A stretch of DNA of 63,790 nucleotides, filler included, from Octopus bimaculoides (taxonomy: Eukaryota): assembly GCF_001194135.2 (NCBI RefSeq). It is 9 parts of 7 records of this genome, joined end to end, with 100 filler letters (N's around TTAATTAATTAA, not from the genome) between each part and the next. Parts side by side here need not be neighbours in the genome. Positions count along the whole stretch, not along the records: positions 10,166 to 28,527 come from NC_068984.1; 8 more parts are not named here. One strand, 5' to 3'. The position numbers were made by a program, and so were the translations under genes. Positions 13,383-26,949 of the stretch are shown in pieces; position 1 is the first letter of the stretch, and every line of letters starts with the position of its first letter. Below the pieces are notes generated by a model, which made no database searches, was not told where the DNA came from, and worked only from the letters and a program-made list of their open reading frames with translations.

Positions 13383-13956
13383 TAAAGAAAAAGACAATGA
13401 AATTCACAAGATTCTTTATTAATCACTACGATTGTTTTGATTCATCATGCATCAGTCTTTCATGTGTGAGATGCTGTACAAATAGTTATGGTGCATTATT
13501 TAGTGTAGATATTGCTGATCATTAATCTCTGTTTCACTTATTTTGATTAGAATACATTTTGGTAGTGATTAATAAAGAATCTCGTGAATTCTATTTACTT
13601 TTGCTTTCTCTTATATGTTATAAACTGTATGGACGTGAAGGAATTCCTAAAGTAAATCCTGTGGCATTTAAATCTATACTGATGATGACATCAGGTAGCT
13701 GAATACAGTAAACAGGCTTTAAACAACATACCTTAATTTAAAATTATTACTGGTTTACAAGGGGGTGCTGAAAAGTTCTTGACTTTAAGGGCATCATGAA
13801 AGGTTTGGTTGGACTCTCAACCTTTTGGAGAGCAATAAATACTGAAGGGTCACTGCAATAAGTGTGAATCTGAGGAGGGAATATGTTGAATGAAATCATA
13901 ATTAACTGATCTTCCCGTATTTTCTTTCACCCAAAGCAAGGAACTTTTCAGCATCC

Positions 13957-14031
<75 letters not shown>

Positions 14032-14114
14032 ATGTATGCGTATATGTATATGTGTATTTATATATATATATATATATATACATATACATACATACATACA
14101 TACATACATACATA

Positions 14115-14940
14115 CAGGGTCTTGCAGATAAACTGAGAACAATTTTAAGCAGTTGACTTAGTAGGTTTAACATTTAATTTTTTGACAAAACCTGGCTTGC
14201 TTGAAAATCTAATCTTCCTCTTTATTTTTCAGGTAAATAGCAAACTGATTCAACAACAGAAAGTCATAGATCAACAGAATCATTCTGCCAGTGTTGTTTT
14301 GGTGCGTGCCAGGCACACTGCCAATAAAATTGCTAAGTTGACGAAACTTCCAAAAGCAACAGTTTATCGTGTGTATAAATAATTTAAAGTAGAGGGATAG
14401 ATTGATAGAAAAGTACACAAGACTCGAAGTGATTCCAAGCACAATCCAAAGTTCCTTGCTGGTCTCAAATATTCAATTGAAGCCTACCGTACCCATCCAC
14501 ATCCATGACATCACTTGCAAAGAAATGCAATGAGTCCCTTTCCATGGTGTCCAGAGCTGTGAACAGTAACTTTGGCATGACCAGCTATGTTCGACAATGA
14601 CATCACCTCCTAACAGTGAAGGCCAAAGCAACCAGAATAGAGAGATGCCAAAATCTATCATTCATCAAGCATCAAAAAGCAGGAAAAATTCTTGTGCTTG
14701 TGGACAAGAAGAAGTCCACTGACGATGCTGAGAAATTCTCAAGTGATTGCATACAACCCTTCTGATATCCCCACTGTGTTTGAGACTAAGAATCCTGCTT
14801 CTGTGATGATATTTGGAGCCATGGTAAGTGATGGAAGTGTTATAGATCTACACTTCATTGAGTCTGACTTGAAGATCAGCACAAAGGAGTATCTGGACAT
14901 CCTGAAGAACTGGTGGCCGTGACTGCTGAGGACATTTAAC
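14115..14940 (+). mobile_element. Tc1/mariner DD37D (maT-like) 5' part, decayed
   Basis: TA + CAGGGT terminus. HTH region RARHTANKIAKLTKLPKATVYRVYK, then PKFLAGLKYSIEA and TKNPASVMIFGAMVSDGSVIDLHFIESDLKISTKEYLDIL. Confidence 0.75.
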
Positions 14941-15438
14941 ATTCAGATTTCTTTGTCAAATGTAATGATTATTTATTCACATTGCTTTGAATTAATCACA
15001 CGTCTTGTACAAGATTTCAATGGTGTGCTTGTATATTTTTAGAATGACATTGTAGGGTAGATGTGAGAAGTTGAATCTGGTCAGTTTGAACATAAGGCAG
15101 ATAGAATATTTGGGCCAGATATGACTGGATTAAATGCTAAAGGACAATGATAGGATATAGTAGTCCACTGCTGAATATATCCTGCTTCATGCCAGAAGGG
15201 GGTTTTTTTTGTGGTTGTACCATTGTTGCACTGATTCTGTCTGGATGGTCTACTGGTCTTAATACTCATTTTAACCAGATGAATGAACAAGAGGAATGTA
15301 AAATAATAAACCTTGCCCAAGGATACAATGCTCCTTTCAAACTGGGGATTGTCCTGCAAAAAATTTTTCTTACTACTAGGCTACATGCCTACTTAATGGT
15401 TCTCTATATATTTTCTTTTTTCTGAATTTTTACTTTAA

Positions 15439-15640
15439 CACTTCCATTACCATATTTCTGTTGAAATATGCTGCTTTTCTGTCTGTTTATCTTGAAAATA
15501 ATGAAGCATTTAATAAAATAACTTTATCACTATAAAGCTATTGTTTGTAACATTAACACAAAATTTTAACTTAGATCACTTTAAAACAGGAATTTTGTAT
15601 CAAAGAACATGCAGTTTCAGGCAGGTTAGCATCAAAAAGG
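15439..15640. mobile_element. TTAA-flanked piggyBac-like MITE
   Basis: TTAA at 15435-15438 and 15641-15644; homologous copy at 18271-18489 (shared aaataatgaag.atttaataaaataact and agatca.tttaaa.cagga). Confidence 0.55.
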
Positions 15641-18270
15641 TTAAAATATAGCTATTCTTTTTAAAAATTTTCCATGCAAAGTCTACCTGTAATTTTAAAA
15701 ATTCATCTCCAATGCATTCCCAAGTCAAAAAATTTGAGAACTGTGCTTTAAGTGGATCTTAGGTATTTTTATATCTTAAAGCCACAATTATTCCAGTGAT
15801 TGGCAATTTGATTTGTTCATTTAATAAGTTTGGTTAATCCTAGTTAATCCTTCCATCTAGTATTGTAATGAGGCTGGGTATGGTGTCAGACTATTGGAAG
15901 TGTTGGCAGTAATAGCAATGTTAGTAACAATAGTGTGTTGGATCTGGTGTTGATGATAGCTGTTGCTGGGGCTTGTGTTGAATATAATGATATTAACATT
16001 GACATGGCTGGTTTTTAACCATTTCTGCTATCATCTCCTCTTCCTACTACTACTACTACTACTACTACTACTAATACTAACACTGCTGCTGCTGCTGCTG
16101 CCACCAACACCAACACCTCTACAACTGTGTCTTTTTATTATGATGAAATTTCTGCACAGCACCAGAGTTATTATTATTTTTTTATTTTTTGTTACAATAG
16201 AATTCCTTATAATTACATAATCAATGTTAGAATGGTAACAGCATGAAGTAAAACAGAGCAAAGTTGGTATCCAGCCATCTAGCCCTTTGATCATACCTGT
16301 CCAACATTAGGCATCATGCCAAACATAACTTCCTCTACCTCAGTGCCACTGTCAGGTATCCACATGCCACCAGTAAATTTCCAGCATGATAAATGAAATA
16401 TTCAAAATGTAAATTTTATAGCTGCCAAGTGGTTACTCAAGCACTGAATAATCTGTCAACACCTTCTTTCAAATAAAGAAATAGAATTTGTATGATTGTA
16501 AATGTTTTCCTCAAAATATTTGTAAATCATATGCCAGAGAAATTTGATGAAGTATGAAAGGGAAACGTTTATGTTGTTCCATAACTTCCTTCACTCAAAG
16601 AATGTTTATCTTCAATAAAAATATAACAGACAAGAATGTAATTACCATTGCTGCAGTTTCACTGTTAACAAGATGAAAGAATTTGATACATATATGATAA
16701 ATATTCAACATTGGGCATGCCAAAATATTGCCTTCAGAATTTGATAACTCTTTATGGAATTGCATTGAGTAAAATATAGAAGGTTTCAAAGAATTTAAGA
16801 AAATTAATGAGCATTGGTTACATAATATTAAATTCATACTTAGGTATGACACCCAATGTTTTGATAAAGTAAGATCCTACAGGCATATGTATGATCTAAA
16901 GCAACATAGTTTTTCAGAAAAATGGGATGGTCACAAATGGAAGGCTTTTTACCATAGGTTTATTTATGCAGAACTGATTTCAGCTGAACAGCAATAACAA
17001 TGAAATCAGTATACCTGACATAAGCAGCAGCCAATTCTACCTCAAATCATACCCACCCTCCATATTGTAAATCAGAATGGTAGAAATAGCAGTCTAATTT
17101 TCCTCAAATAACTCCCTTATTGCTTTATATATGTACATATAAGTTCATGAACTCACAAGTAAGACCTTAATTCATACGTATATATGCCTGAACCAACAAG
17201 TGAAACACATAACTAGAAATGTCATATATTGTTGTCATTTTCCAATATAGGTCAATTTCAGTATATTTATTGACTCAGAAGAGATGAAATACAAAGTTGA
17301 TACTGGCAGGTTTTGAACTCAAAATAAGTTAAACTAAATACTACAAAGCATTTCAGTCTCCAATGCTGTATTGCCCCAGTTACCACACTCTGCTCTTAGT
17401 GACAGGGAAAATTCATTAAAAGGCAGAGATGTACATCTCGGCTAACTTTTAATATTTCTCTTATCAACAAAACATGCAACTATGGATTTCAAAGAAAATG
17501 CTAGGAGCCTTTTGTGAACTGATTTAAATGATATTAATATATTTCTATATGACAGTTGGCCATTCTTTGTAAAAGCAGTGGTAATAATTTAAAGCACCCT
17601 CACAATAATGATTTCTTATATATGATCAAAACTATAAACATGTAGAAAAGAAGTATAATTGAATCAATAGCAGTAAATTACTGGTATTTATTTTATAGAC
17701 AGGAGAGGGATTTTAAATCAAAATATAAGGGAACAAAACTAAGCACTCTAATGCATTTAATCCAGAACTCTACCTTTTCTACTACAGTACAACCTTCATT
17801 CTCCTAAATAATGATTTTTTTTAGGTCATCTTTTCAAGAAATACTTCATTTTTTAAAATTGCTATTATTCTTATTGTTTTCTATTTTCAGTTTTGATATT
17901 TTCTCTTAAAGAATAGCATTTATACTTTTGTGCTGTTCTAAGCTAAATATGTTTTCAATTTATTATTTATTGTCATGTAATATCAATTTTCGATTCAGAC
18001 AATAAACACAGAAAATACACAGTACTATTATTATGAAATATGCCAATGTGATTCATGAGCATGGTGACATTTAGTGGCTCCATGGACATCCATTTGTTGC
18101 TTGGGCAATTGGTTGACCTTTTTAGTATCAAGCATTGAAACATCACTTGATGGTTTTGTACATAGGATAATGAATCCAACTTTAGTTTGCAATATAAAAA
18201 CTCATATTTTGGAATTGCAAATTTATATAGAACTAAATCTTAAGTTATGAAATCCATAGCAAAGAATTGA

Positions 18271-18489
18271 TCCTTTCATTAGAATATTTCAGTTGAAATG
18301 CACACAGCCTTTTTTTCATTTAATTTTTTAAATAATGAAGAATTTAATAAAATAACTACCATAGTTGATGTTTAGAACACAAATTAATATGAAATTTTGA
18401 TGGAACATTTTAATTAAGATCATTTTAAACAGGAAGTTTTTTTTATTATAGAATCAAAAGTAGTCTTGGTCGGGCTGATATCAAAAGAG
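18271..18489. mobile_element. Second copy of the TTAA-flanked MITE
   Basis: Similar to 15439-15640; TTGA and TTAA flanks. Confidence 0.5.
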
Positions 18490-20271
18490 TTAAATACCTA
18501 CCCATTTTCTGTTTAAAATCTTACTTTTAAGTTACAATTTTTTATGAGGAGATTTTTTTAAGAGATTTAACAAAAAGAATCAGGTATTTTACAAATACAA
18601 ATTCTTATATATATAAGACGATAGATTCTGTTTTTTAAAGTAGCATCAAAGTCAAAGATGATGAGAAGGGTCTAATATCAAAGTATTTCTGAATGAAACA
18701 AAAGAATATTTACATGGAAAAATGCAAGCAAGAGAAATAATACTCTTGGGATTATAAACCAAGAAAAGTACAAGACAAGTTATTACACTTGGAAAAGTTC
18801 AGGAAAAGAAAATTTTTACTTAAAATATTGCAGCTAAAGATAAAATTTCAAATAAAATATTTAGATTTAGAAAATATTAGCTTTTATTAAAACTAAAAAT
18901 TTTATTACAAGTTACTACTTTTATTTGTTATTACTTGTTACTTCAATTAACAATAAAAAATAGCTTAATTAAATTATTTTTTGCACTTTAAAAAATTTCA
19001 TTTTTTTAATTATTAATTAATAATTAGAAATTTGAAAATAGGTTCTAAAAAATAATAGTAGTACATAATTGGTTAGTACAGTAAATAGAATAATATAAAT
19101 ATTAGCAATACATTATAGTAAAATCTACCCATAACAACAGATTCACAGTAAAATTTGCTTGAGTTATTACCAAGTCTTCACATTTTTAGTCTTAACCCAA
19201 TGCCTATTTTTTACTATTCTACTTTGCATAAAACTTTAGCTGTATTGGTACTTCTAGCTCTCATTTTTTAAGTATTCTAGTGTGTCAGTATTTTAACAAA
19301 ATGATGGTACCTTGTTTAATTATAATGCTACTTTGTAAATTAGAATCAAATAATTTTTAATATTCAAATTTTATCCTTAGATGCAATATTTTAAGTAAAG
19401 ATTTTCTTGTTCTGTACTTTACAAGATGTTATAACTTGTCCTGAACTTTTCCAATTGTAATAACTTGTCCTGTACTTTTCCCAGTTTATAATCTTAAGAA
19501 TATTATTTCTCTTGCTCACATTTTTCCATGTAATTCATATTTTTCCAGATTAGGCTATTATGCTAATTAATAATGTGTCAATTAATAATTTAAGATTTTA
19601 CCATATTGAAAATTACCTCAATGATGTCGGTGACATATATTAAAAGACCCCTTATAGAACTATATTCATAAAAAAGTATAGAACAATATTATCACCCTCA
19701 AATTTGAGGAACAAACACTCATAACATTTTTCTTTTAAAACTTCATTGCTTGAGATTGATATCATGAAATTCTTCGAATTGAGCTCTGTCATTTAGGCTT
19801 AATTAAGATATAGTTTGTCTTTAAAATAAAAAAGTTAATTATACTTAAATCCAATTTTTTGCCTTACTTTTATTTTTTTCATGTTATTTTACCTCACAAC
19901 ATTTTTAATACAAATTTTTGTTGCATGAGACCAAAACTATAAAATTCCTCATGAAGCTAAGATAAATATATTTTGCTTCTAAAATAAAAAAAAAAGTTAT
20001 TTAGATCTAAACTTGATTGGAAACATTACTTACTCTCCTATAACGTTGCAACAAATTTCGATGTAAATTTTTTTCTACTGGACTGAATCTCAATTTTTTT
20101 AATGTCAAAATGTAGCTAGGGACCAGTCGTCTTCCAAAATGTTAACAGTTTTCAATTTGTTTAAGATCTGAACTAGTGACAAAGCTCCGAAGATGCTGCA
20201 TGTGAGTAAATTGTGGCCTTAAGAATATTATTCAACTACTACCATAGCTGAATGAGATAACACTTTGAAAG

Positions 20272-20720
20272 TCATCATCATCATCATCATCATTATCATC
20301 ATTTAATGTCCATTATCCATGCTTGCATGGGCTGGATGGTGTGGCCAGGGTTTGTAAGCTGGGGGACTGCAAAAGACTCAATCTGATTTGGCATGGTTTC
20401 TACAGTTGGATGCCCTTCCTGACACCAACCACTTTGAGAATGTAATGGGTGCCTTTATGTGCCACTGGTACAGGTGCCAGTTGTGTGACACCAGTATCTG
20501 CCACACCTATGATTTCACTTGACTTCATGGTCTTCTTCTCAAGTACAGCATATCACCAAAGGTCATTTATTATTACCTCTGTGAGTCCCAATGCTCAAAA
20601 GGTGCAATTCATGTGCCACCAGCACAGTTGCTAGTTATGCAACACCATCATCAGCCACATTGCCTCCATGAGACCCAATGCTTGAAAGGTGCTTTTTACA
20701 TGCCACAGGTACAGATGCCA
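20272..20720 (-). mobile_element. RTE LINE 3' UTR fragment with (TGA)n tail
   Basis: (TCA)n plus ctacagttggatgcccttcctgacaccaacc and tgccactgg repeats as in 30301-30780. Confidence 0.75.
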
Positions 20721-20734
20721 ATCATTCTTGTATA

Positions 20735-20925
20735 GTTTCTTTCTCTTTTACTTGTTTCAGACAGCAGACTGTGGCCATACTGGAGAATCGCTTGAAGAAT
20801 CTAGTTGAACAAATCAACCCCAGGACTCATTTTTTTAAAGCTTAGTATTTATTCTACCTGTCACTTTTGCTGAACTGCTAAATAAAGAGGATGTAAAAAA
20901 ACCAACACAGGTTGTCAAATAGCGG

Positions 20926-20991
<66 letters not shown>

Positions 20992-21090
20992 GACAGTCTT
21001 CTTTCGGTTTCTGTCAACCAAATCCACTCATGAGACTTTGGTCAGCCTAGGGCTATAACAGAAGACACTCACCAAGGTGCTACACACAAT
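20735..21090 (-). mobile_element. Family A SINE with an internal (CA)n expansion
   Basis: Homologous to 25446-25885; spacer is (CA)n at about 20928-20987. Confidence 0.75.
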
Positions 21091-21157
21091 TTCACATCAA
21101 GGATCTTGCAAAACAAATACATAAATGTAAAGAAGTATTATTTTCTTTATATTCTTT

Positions 21158-21535
21158 TATTTGTTTCAGTCATTTGATTACATCCATGCTGGGGCACTGC
21201 CTTGAAGAGTTTTAGTCAAACAAATCAGCCCCAGGATTTTTTTTTAAGCATAGTACTTATTCTATTGGTCTGTTTTGCTGAACTGCTAAGTTACGGGCAC
21301 GTAAATACACCCATACTGGTTTGTCAAGTGGTGGTGGGGAACAAAAACACACACATGCACACACACATTCACACACTCACACACATGACAGGCTTCTTTC
21401 AGTTTCCGTCTACTAAATCCACTCACAAGGCTTTGGTCAGCTCAAGGCTATAGTAGGAGACACTTGCTTAAGGTTCCACACAGTGGTACTGAACCCAGAA
21501 CCATGTGGTTGAGAAGCAAGCTTCTTAACACACCA
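21158..21535 (-). mobile_element. Family A SINE
   Basis: Tail, spacer and head homologous to 25446-25885. Confidence 0.8.
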
Positions 21536-21852
21536 TGTAAGCAGTATTAATATTTCATTTCCTAAAATTTTTTTTTTTTAATTCTTAAGTGTTCTATTGT
21601 AAGATTTAAACAAAACCACATTCTGATTAAAATTATCTGGTCAGATTCTTCATAACATCTAGTTTACTTTTAAATCCAAGTGCTGTTTTTATCCCCCCAC
21701 CCCTGTTCCACTAAAAGAGTGTACTAATATTGATGTCTTTTCCTTACAAAATTAGTCTTACATTTGTTTATTAGAAGTCATTTTATGCATTTAATATATG
21801 TTACTCAATATATATGTGTTTGTATGTTAATATACCTATGTTAGAGAGTTAA

Positions 21853-22170
21853 GGCACATGGCTTACTGGTTAGGGTATTCAGCTCACAATCATAAGGTCT
21901 TGAGTTCAATTCCCAGTGACACATTGTGCCCTTGAGCAAGACACTGTTTCACATTGCTCCAGTCCACTCAGCTGGCAAAAATGAGTAGCACCTGTATTTC
22001 AAAGGACAAGCCATGTCACACTTTATGTCACTCTGAATCTCTCTGAGAACTACATTAAGAGTACACATGTCTGTAGAGTGTTCAGCCACATGCACATTAG
22101 TTTCACGACCAGGTTATTCCATTGATTGGTTCAACTGGCACCCTCGTCATAACCAATGGAGTGCCAGTTA
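21853..22170 (+). mobile_element. tRNA-derived CORE-SINE (separate family)
   Basis: A/B-box-like head ggcttactggttagg...gagttcaattccc, followed by cccttgagcaagacact...gctccagtccactcagctggcaaaaatgagta, a CORE-like domain. Confidence 0.65.
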
Positions 22171-23346
22171 TATTAGAAAAAGGAATATTGAAATAAATGG
22201 TTTTGTACTTAACATTGTCAATTTTTAATCTTCCTTCAATCAACTCCTGATTATATATCAGTTAGAAGATATATAAAATTATGCAGGAAACTCGGTAACT
22301 AAGTATAACATTCCAGTGGAGAAAGCTTCAGTAAATAACATATATTTTTGTTTTTAGATTAAATTGCTTTAGCATTTATCTACAAAAATTGCTATCATGG
22401 CTTCACTGAATAATATAATATCTCATTTTACAAGGTGATGTCTGATGAAATTACAGATTACAAAATGGACAAATGATGATGGATTTTTTGGTGGATGAAT
22501 GATTTTATCTTTCCAGATTCATTCTTATATGATAAATTGCATAACTTCAAAGGCAAAACTTCAATTTTTAGAATAATAGTGTAGGGTTGGTGTGAGGTGC
22601 CAGGTCTGGCCAGTTTGAACATAAAGCAGGTAGAATATTTTGGCCAGATATGGCCAGTTTAAATGCAAAAGGGTTAAATTATTTTAGTAGTGCAGCCCAC
22701 CTGATGATGAGACATGTTTCATGCAGTCCACTTCTCGAAATGATTACCCATGCCTGTTTTACACAGTCATTATGACTCCTAGAAACAGCAACTAATATCC
22801 TTCAAATCACTTCACCATACCATCTTAATAAGAGAGATACACATGATAATGTAGAACTATGTACAATGTCAAGAAGTAAAAATAGAATGATTACAAATGA
22901 AAAGTCTTTGGCAAGATCTGTTGAATCAGGGCTGAGTTGCAGCTAAAATAACATTATTTATCAAATAGTTCTTCAAAATGTTATTTGGAAATATCTATAA
23001 AGAACTTGTCATAGTGTTCTTCTACAAAAATGTCTGTCATAGGTAAGATTCCCTGGCAATATAAAAAATTATTCCCAACAGTTAGGTAAATTGAGACACA
23101 TAGAATGAAGCGTTTTGTCATTTCATATGTCATACATATGTTCTTATGTAGTGCTTATAAGTGCATAAGTCAGTTCATATTTAGTTCAGATATAGTTCAT
23201 ATGAAGTGCATATGAACTGGCAATAGATCATGTTATTTTTAAATGCTATTCATATGCTCTCTTTTGCATACATACACCAACATACATACATTAATAAATT
23301 TCAATAATTATTTATGCTCGCACAAGCACACTTATGGACAAACAAA

Positions 23347-23396
<50 letters not shown>

Positions 23397-23754
23397 TCTA
23401 TAGGTATGTGTATGTTAGCGTGTCTATTGTGTAAAAATATTATATATGAGGTGGGAAAGAAAGTCCTATCACATTTTCGACATAATCATTTCGAAGGTTC
23501 ATTTTCAATACTTATATTAAAAATAAACATTAACTTTTACATTTCAATGTTTTTTTGTCTTTGCAGATTACTTTATATCATAGTGGCTTAGTACATATCA
23601 ATTTTATCCATTGAAAATAAACTTAGATCAGACCCTATCAGACGCTGCATGTTGCATTGATTCAAAAGGGATTCTTCAGCAATGGGAGCAGCAAGAAATA
23701 TTTGTTCTATTTATGAAAATGAAGCTTTGAGTGTCTGGGTATACCAGTGATGGT

Positions 23755-23940
23755 TTGGCCAGATTTGCTCAATTACATCGCCCCCCAATACTCAACTGGT
23801 ATATATTTTATCAGCCCTGAAAGAATGAAAAGCAAAGTCCACCCTGGCAGCATTTGAACTCAGAACTTAAAGTTTGATGAAATACTGCTAAGCATTTTGC
23901 TTGGTGCAGTAACAATTCTACCAGTTTGTCGCCCTAAGCA
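23755..23940 (-). mobile_element. Short tRNA-derived SINE (family B), CpG-decayed
   Basis: Homologous to 60758-60963 with CpGs largely lost; other family B copies near 2690, 4180, 4270, 7140, 9430, 17255 and 53860. Confidence 0.7.
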
Positions 23941-23974
23941 CATTGAAGTAAATATTACTGTAACTTCAATGTTG

Positions 23975-24005
<31 letters not shown>

Positions 24006-24175
24006 TATTTAACATCTTCCGTCCATACTGGCTTGGATAGGACAGTTTGACAGAAGCCAGCAAATCAGAAGACTGCACTAAGCTCCACAGTCTGCTTTGG
24101 CATGGTTTCTGTGGCTGGATGCCCTTCCTAATGCCAACAACTTTAACTGAATGTATTAAGTGTTTTTTACGTAAC
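23975..24175 (-). mobile_element. RTE LINE 3'-tail fragment
   Basis: (TCA)n plus ggctggatgcccttcctaatgccaac. Confidence 0.75.
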
Positions 24176-25445
24176 ATCCTACATCAATATTCTATTTATC
24201 TCCATATTCCAAACGACAACAACAATAACAACAATAATACAAGAAGCCAATGATGAAGATTCTACTTGATTATTCAAATAGCAGTCAAATTTCCCACAAT
24301 TTACACCTTACTATCTTTAAAAGAAAGAATACATTAACATGGTCTTAGATATTCTGAGTCTAAATAAAAGACTGGATGGGATGGTCATGGTTGCAAAACC
24401 TTTGATCAATGATCCATCCAATCAGAACTAACCTAACTTAACAACAATAGCAACAACATTGGCATAAACATTAATGTTAAAATACCATTATTTATATAAC
24501 TTTACTATACTTAGTGAGATTGCTGCTGCTGTTGATGATGATGACAACAACAACAATGATGATGTTAATGAGGATGATGATGACAACGATGATACAATGA
24601 CAACAAAACAATGATGATGAGGAGGAGGAAGATAATGATGATGATGTTTTATACTATTACTTATAGTTTCTACTGGTATACCACCAAACATCATTTGTAC
24701 TGGTAATAATGTTATTACTATTGTGATAAGATACTGTTTACAACTGAAACTTACTGATATCACTAACAGTGGCCAGTATTAAACAATCATGTACAGAGGT
24801 ATTGGTTTATTTTCAATTAGCTACATTTGCTATTACCTACCACCATATCATTATCACTACTACCCTCACTTCATCACTGTTACAGTTATTGACACTAGAG
24901 CCGCCACTACAATCAACACTAGTTTGTTTGACCAACTAATGCTGCTGTCTTTTATAAAAGACGCTTTCATTTTACAAAATGTATCTGTATACAGAAGTAT
25001 TGGCAGGAGAAATTTTTTAACATCTGTTCCTTGTAAGTGAAACCTCTGCTTCACTTGTTGATGTCAGGAAACCATCTCTCCAACAAGTTCTTTTTCACTC
25101 ACAGATGTGCCAGTCAGCAATGTTTATAACAGAAATACCATTACATCACAACTGTTTGTTTCATAGATGGGTTTACATAAACTCAAAGACATTCCAAAGA
25201 GAACAGCTGAGTGGTTCCATATTAGGATTACAAGAATTATTCAGTGGTGTGAGGAGAGCTGTAGAGTAAGAGTTAAACACCTTCTGAGTTGAGACCAATT
25301 TCTCATCTTTCAGCACTACTATCTGCCTTGGCAAAGGCATGCACATCACAACCTCTGATTTATCTTCTTTTATAAATTTGAAACCTTGTAGCAAAATAAG
25401 AAATATTTACATTTCATTCAATTTGTTTACCTAATAATTTTTTTT

Positions 25446-25607
25446 CTGAGTGGCTGTGTGGTAAGTAGCTTCCTTACCAACCACATGGTTCAGGGTTCAG
25501 TCCCACTGCGTGGCACCTTGGGCAAGTGTCTTCTACTATAGCCTTGGGCCGACCAAAGCCTTGTGAGTGGATTTGGTAGACGGAAACTGAAAGAAGCCCG
25601 TCGTATA

Positions 25608-25670
<63 letters not shown>

Positions 25671-25885
25671 TTGTGTGTCTGTGTTTGTCCTCCCACCATC
25701 GCTTGACAACTGATGCTGGTGTGTTTATGTCCCTGTAACTTAGCGGTTCAGCAAAAAGAGACCGATAGAATAAGTACTAGGCTTACAAAGAATAAGTCCT
25801 GGGGTCGATTTTCTCGACTAAAGGCGGTGCTCCAGCATGACCGCAGTCAAATGACTGAAACAAGTAAAAGAGTAAAGAGTAAAGA
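25446..25885 (+). mobile_element. Young full-length family A CORE-type SINE with internal (TA)n(TG)n microsatellite
   Basis: tRNA-like head gagtggctgtgtggtaag...ggttcagtcccactgcg, CORE-like ccttgggcaagtgtcttc, (TA)n at about 25605-25660, tail ...gactgaaacaagtaaaagagtaaagag; CpGs intact. Confidence 0.85.
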
Positions 25886-25929
25886 AGAGTAGATAATTCC
25901 TCGTATACATATATATGTCATATATAAAG

Positions 25930-26075
25930 AAGAGAAACATCCAGGAAGACATGGGATGAAGAACTGAAGGCCAATCTCAAAATTCTGAACCTTACAAAAG
26001 AGATGACAAAGGGCCAAGATATATGGCACATTGTTGTACTCAAGAAGACCTGCCCACCTCAACAGAATTGATATC
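25930..26075 (+). mobile_element. RTE ORF2 C-terminal remnant
   Basis: RKTWDEELKANLKILNLTKEMTKGQDIWHIVVLKKT resembles the C-terminus of the RTE at 31073. Confidence 0.6.
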
Positions 26076-26386
26076 TTAAAAACTACCATGTTAATATTAG
26101 TCTGTGAGGCAAGACCACTTTGTTAATGCTTCTCCCCCAACCCACATTTCATCTTCTAACACCCAAAAGCACTGGTGATGGTGCCATGTAAACAAGGGAC
26201 CTGGAAACGGGGTGCACTTGCACCTCCTAAAATTTTGTTGGGACACAAAATTCAATATTTCACCCTCTACTTAACTTTCCCAGGCTTAGGAAAAAATGAG
26301 AACTAAAATAAATAAAAAGAAAATCCCTAGAAAGATATGATATTGAACTAAAGTACCCTCAACATTAAAAAATTAAATTATATATA

Positions 26387-26424
<38 letters not shown>

Positions 26425-26439
26425 TTAATATTTTTAATT

Positions 26440-26537
26440 TTAAGACACTTGCCTAAGATACCACGCAGTGGGACTGAACCCATCCACATAGTTCTGGGTT
26501 CAGTCCCACTGCGTGGTATCTTAGGCAAGTGTCTTAA
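26440..26537. repeat. Perfect inverted repeat (43-bp arms, 12-nt loop) derived from a SINE head
   Basis: 26440-26482 is the exact reverse complement of 26495-26537. Confidence 0.95.
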
Positions 26538-26629
26538 CATTATGTGTTTGAAGATTTTGCTTAAAAGAGAACATTGTTTTTGTTTTTTCAGGCGAGGTTC
26601 CATGATAAATGAGATGGATAGATAGAAAT

Positions 26630-26687
<58 letters not shown>

Positions 26688-26949
26688 GGAGAGAGAGAGA
26701 AGGGGGTATCCCCCTTCCTATTCACCATTCATTTTTTTATTTATTTATTTAGCCCTTTAGTGTAATGGGTTTTAAAGATGGTGACCTCTCCCCACACCAA
26801 AAAACAGGTGCTGTTTGGCCATCACTGAAAGTCATTTTGCTTTCTTTCTCTCTTCTCCTTTCCTTCTTTTTTCCCTCTTTCTTTCTTTTTCTCCACTTTG
26901 AGCCATATTTAGAATACAAAATGTACATTCAATTTTGGGGGGAATTTTT

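Noticed and set aside
22700-22745. CTGATGA-T-GAGA...TCTC-GAAA hammerhead-like core
   Set aside because: Stem II is possible, but there is no pairable stem I and no clear cleavage triplet.
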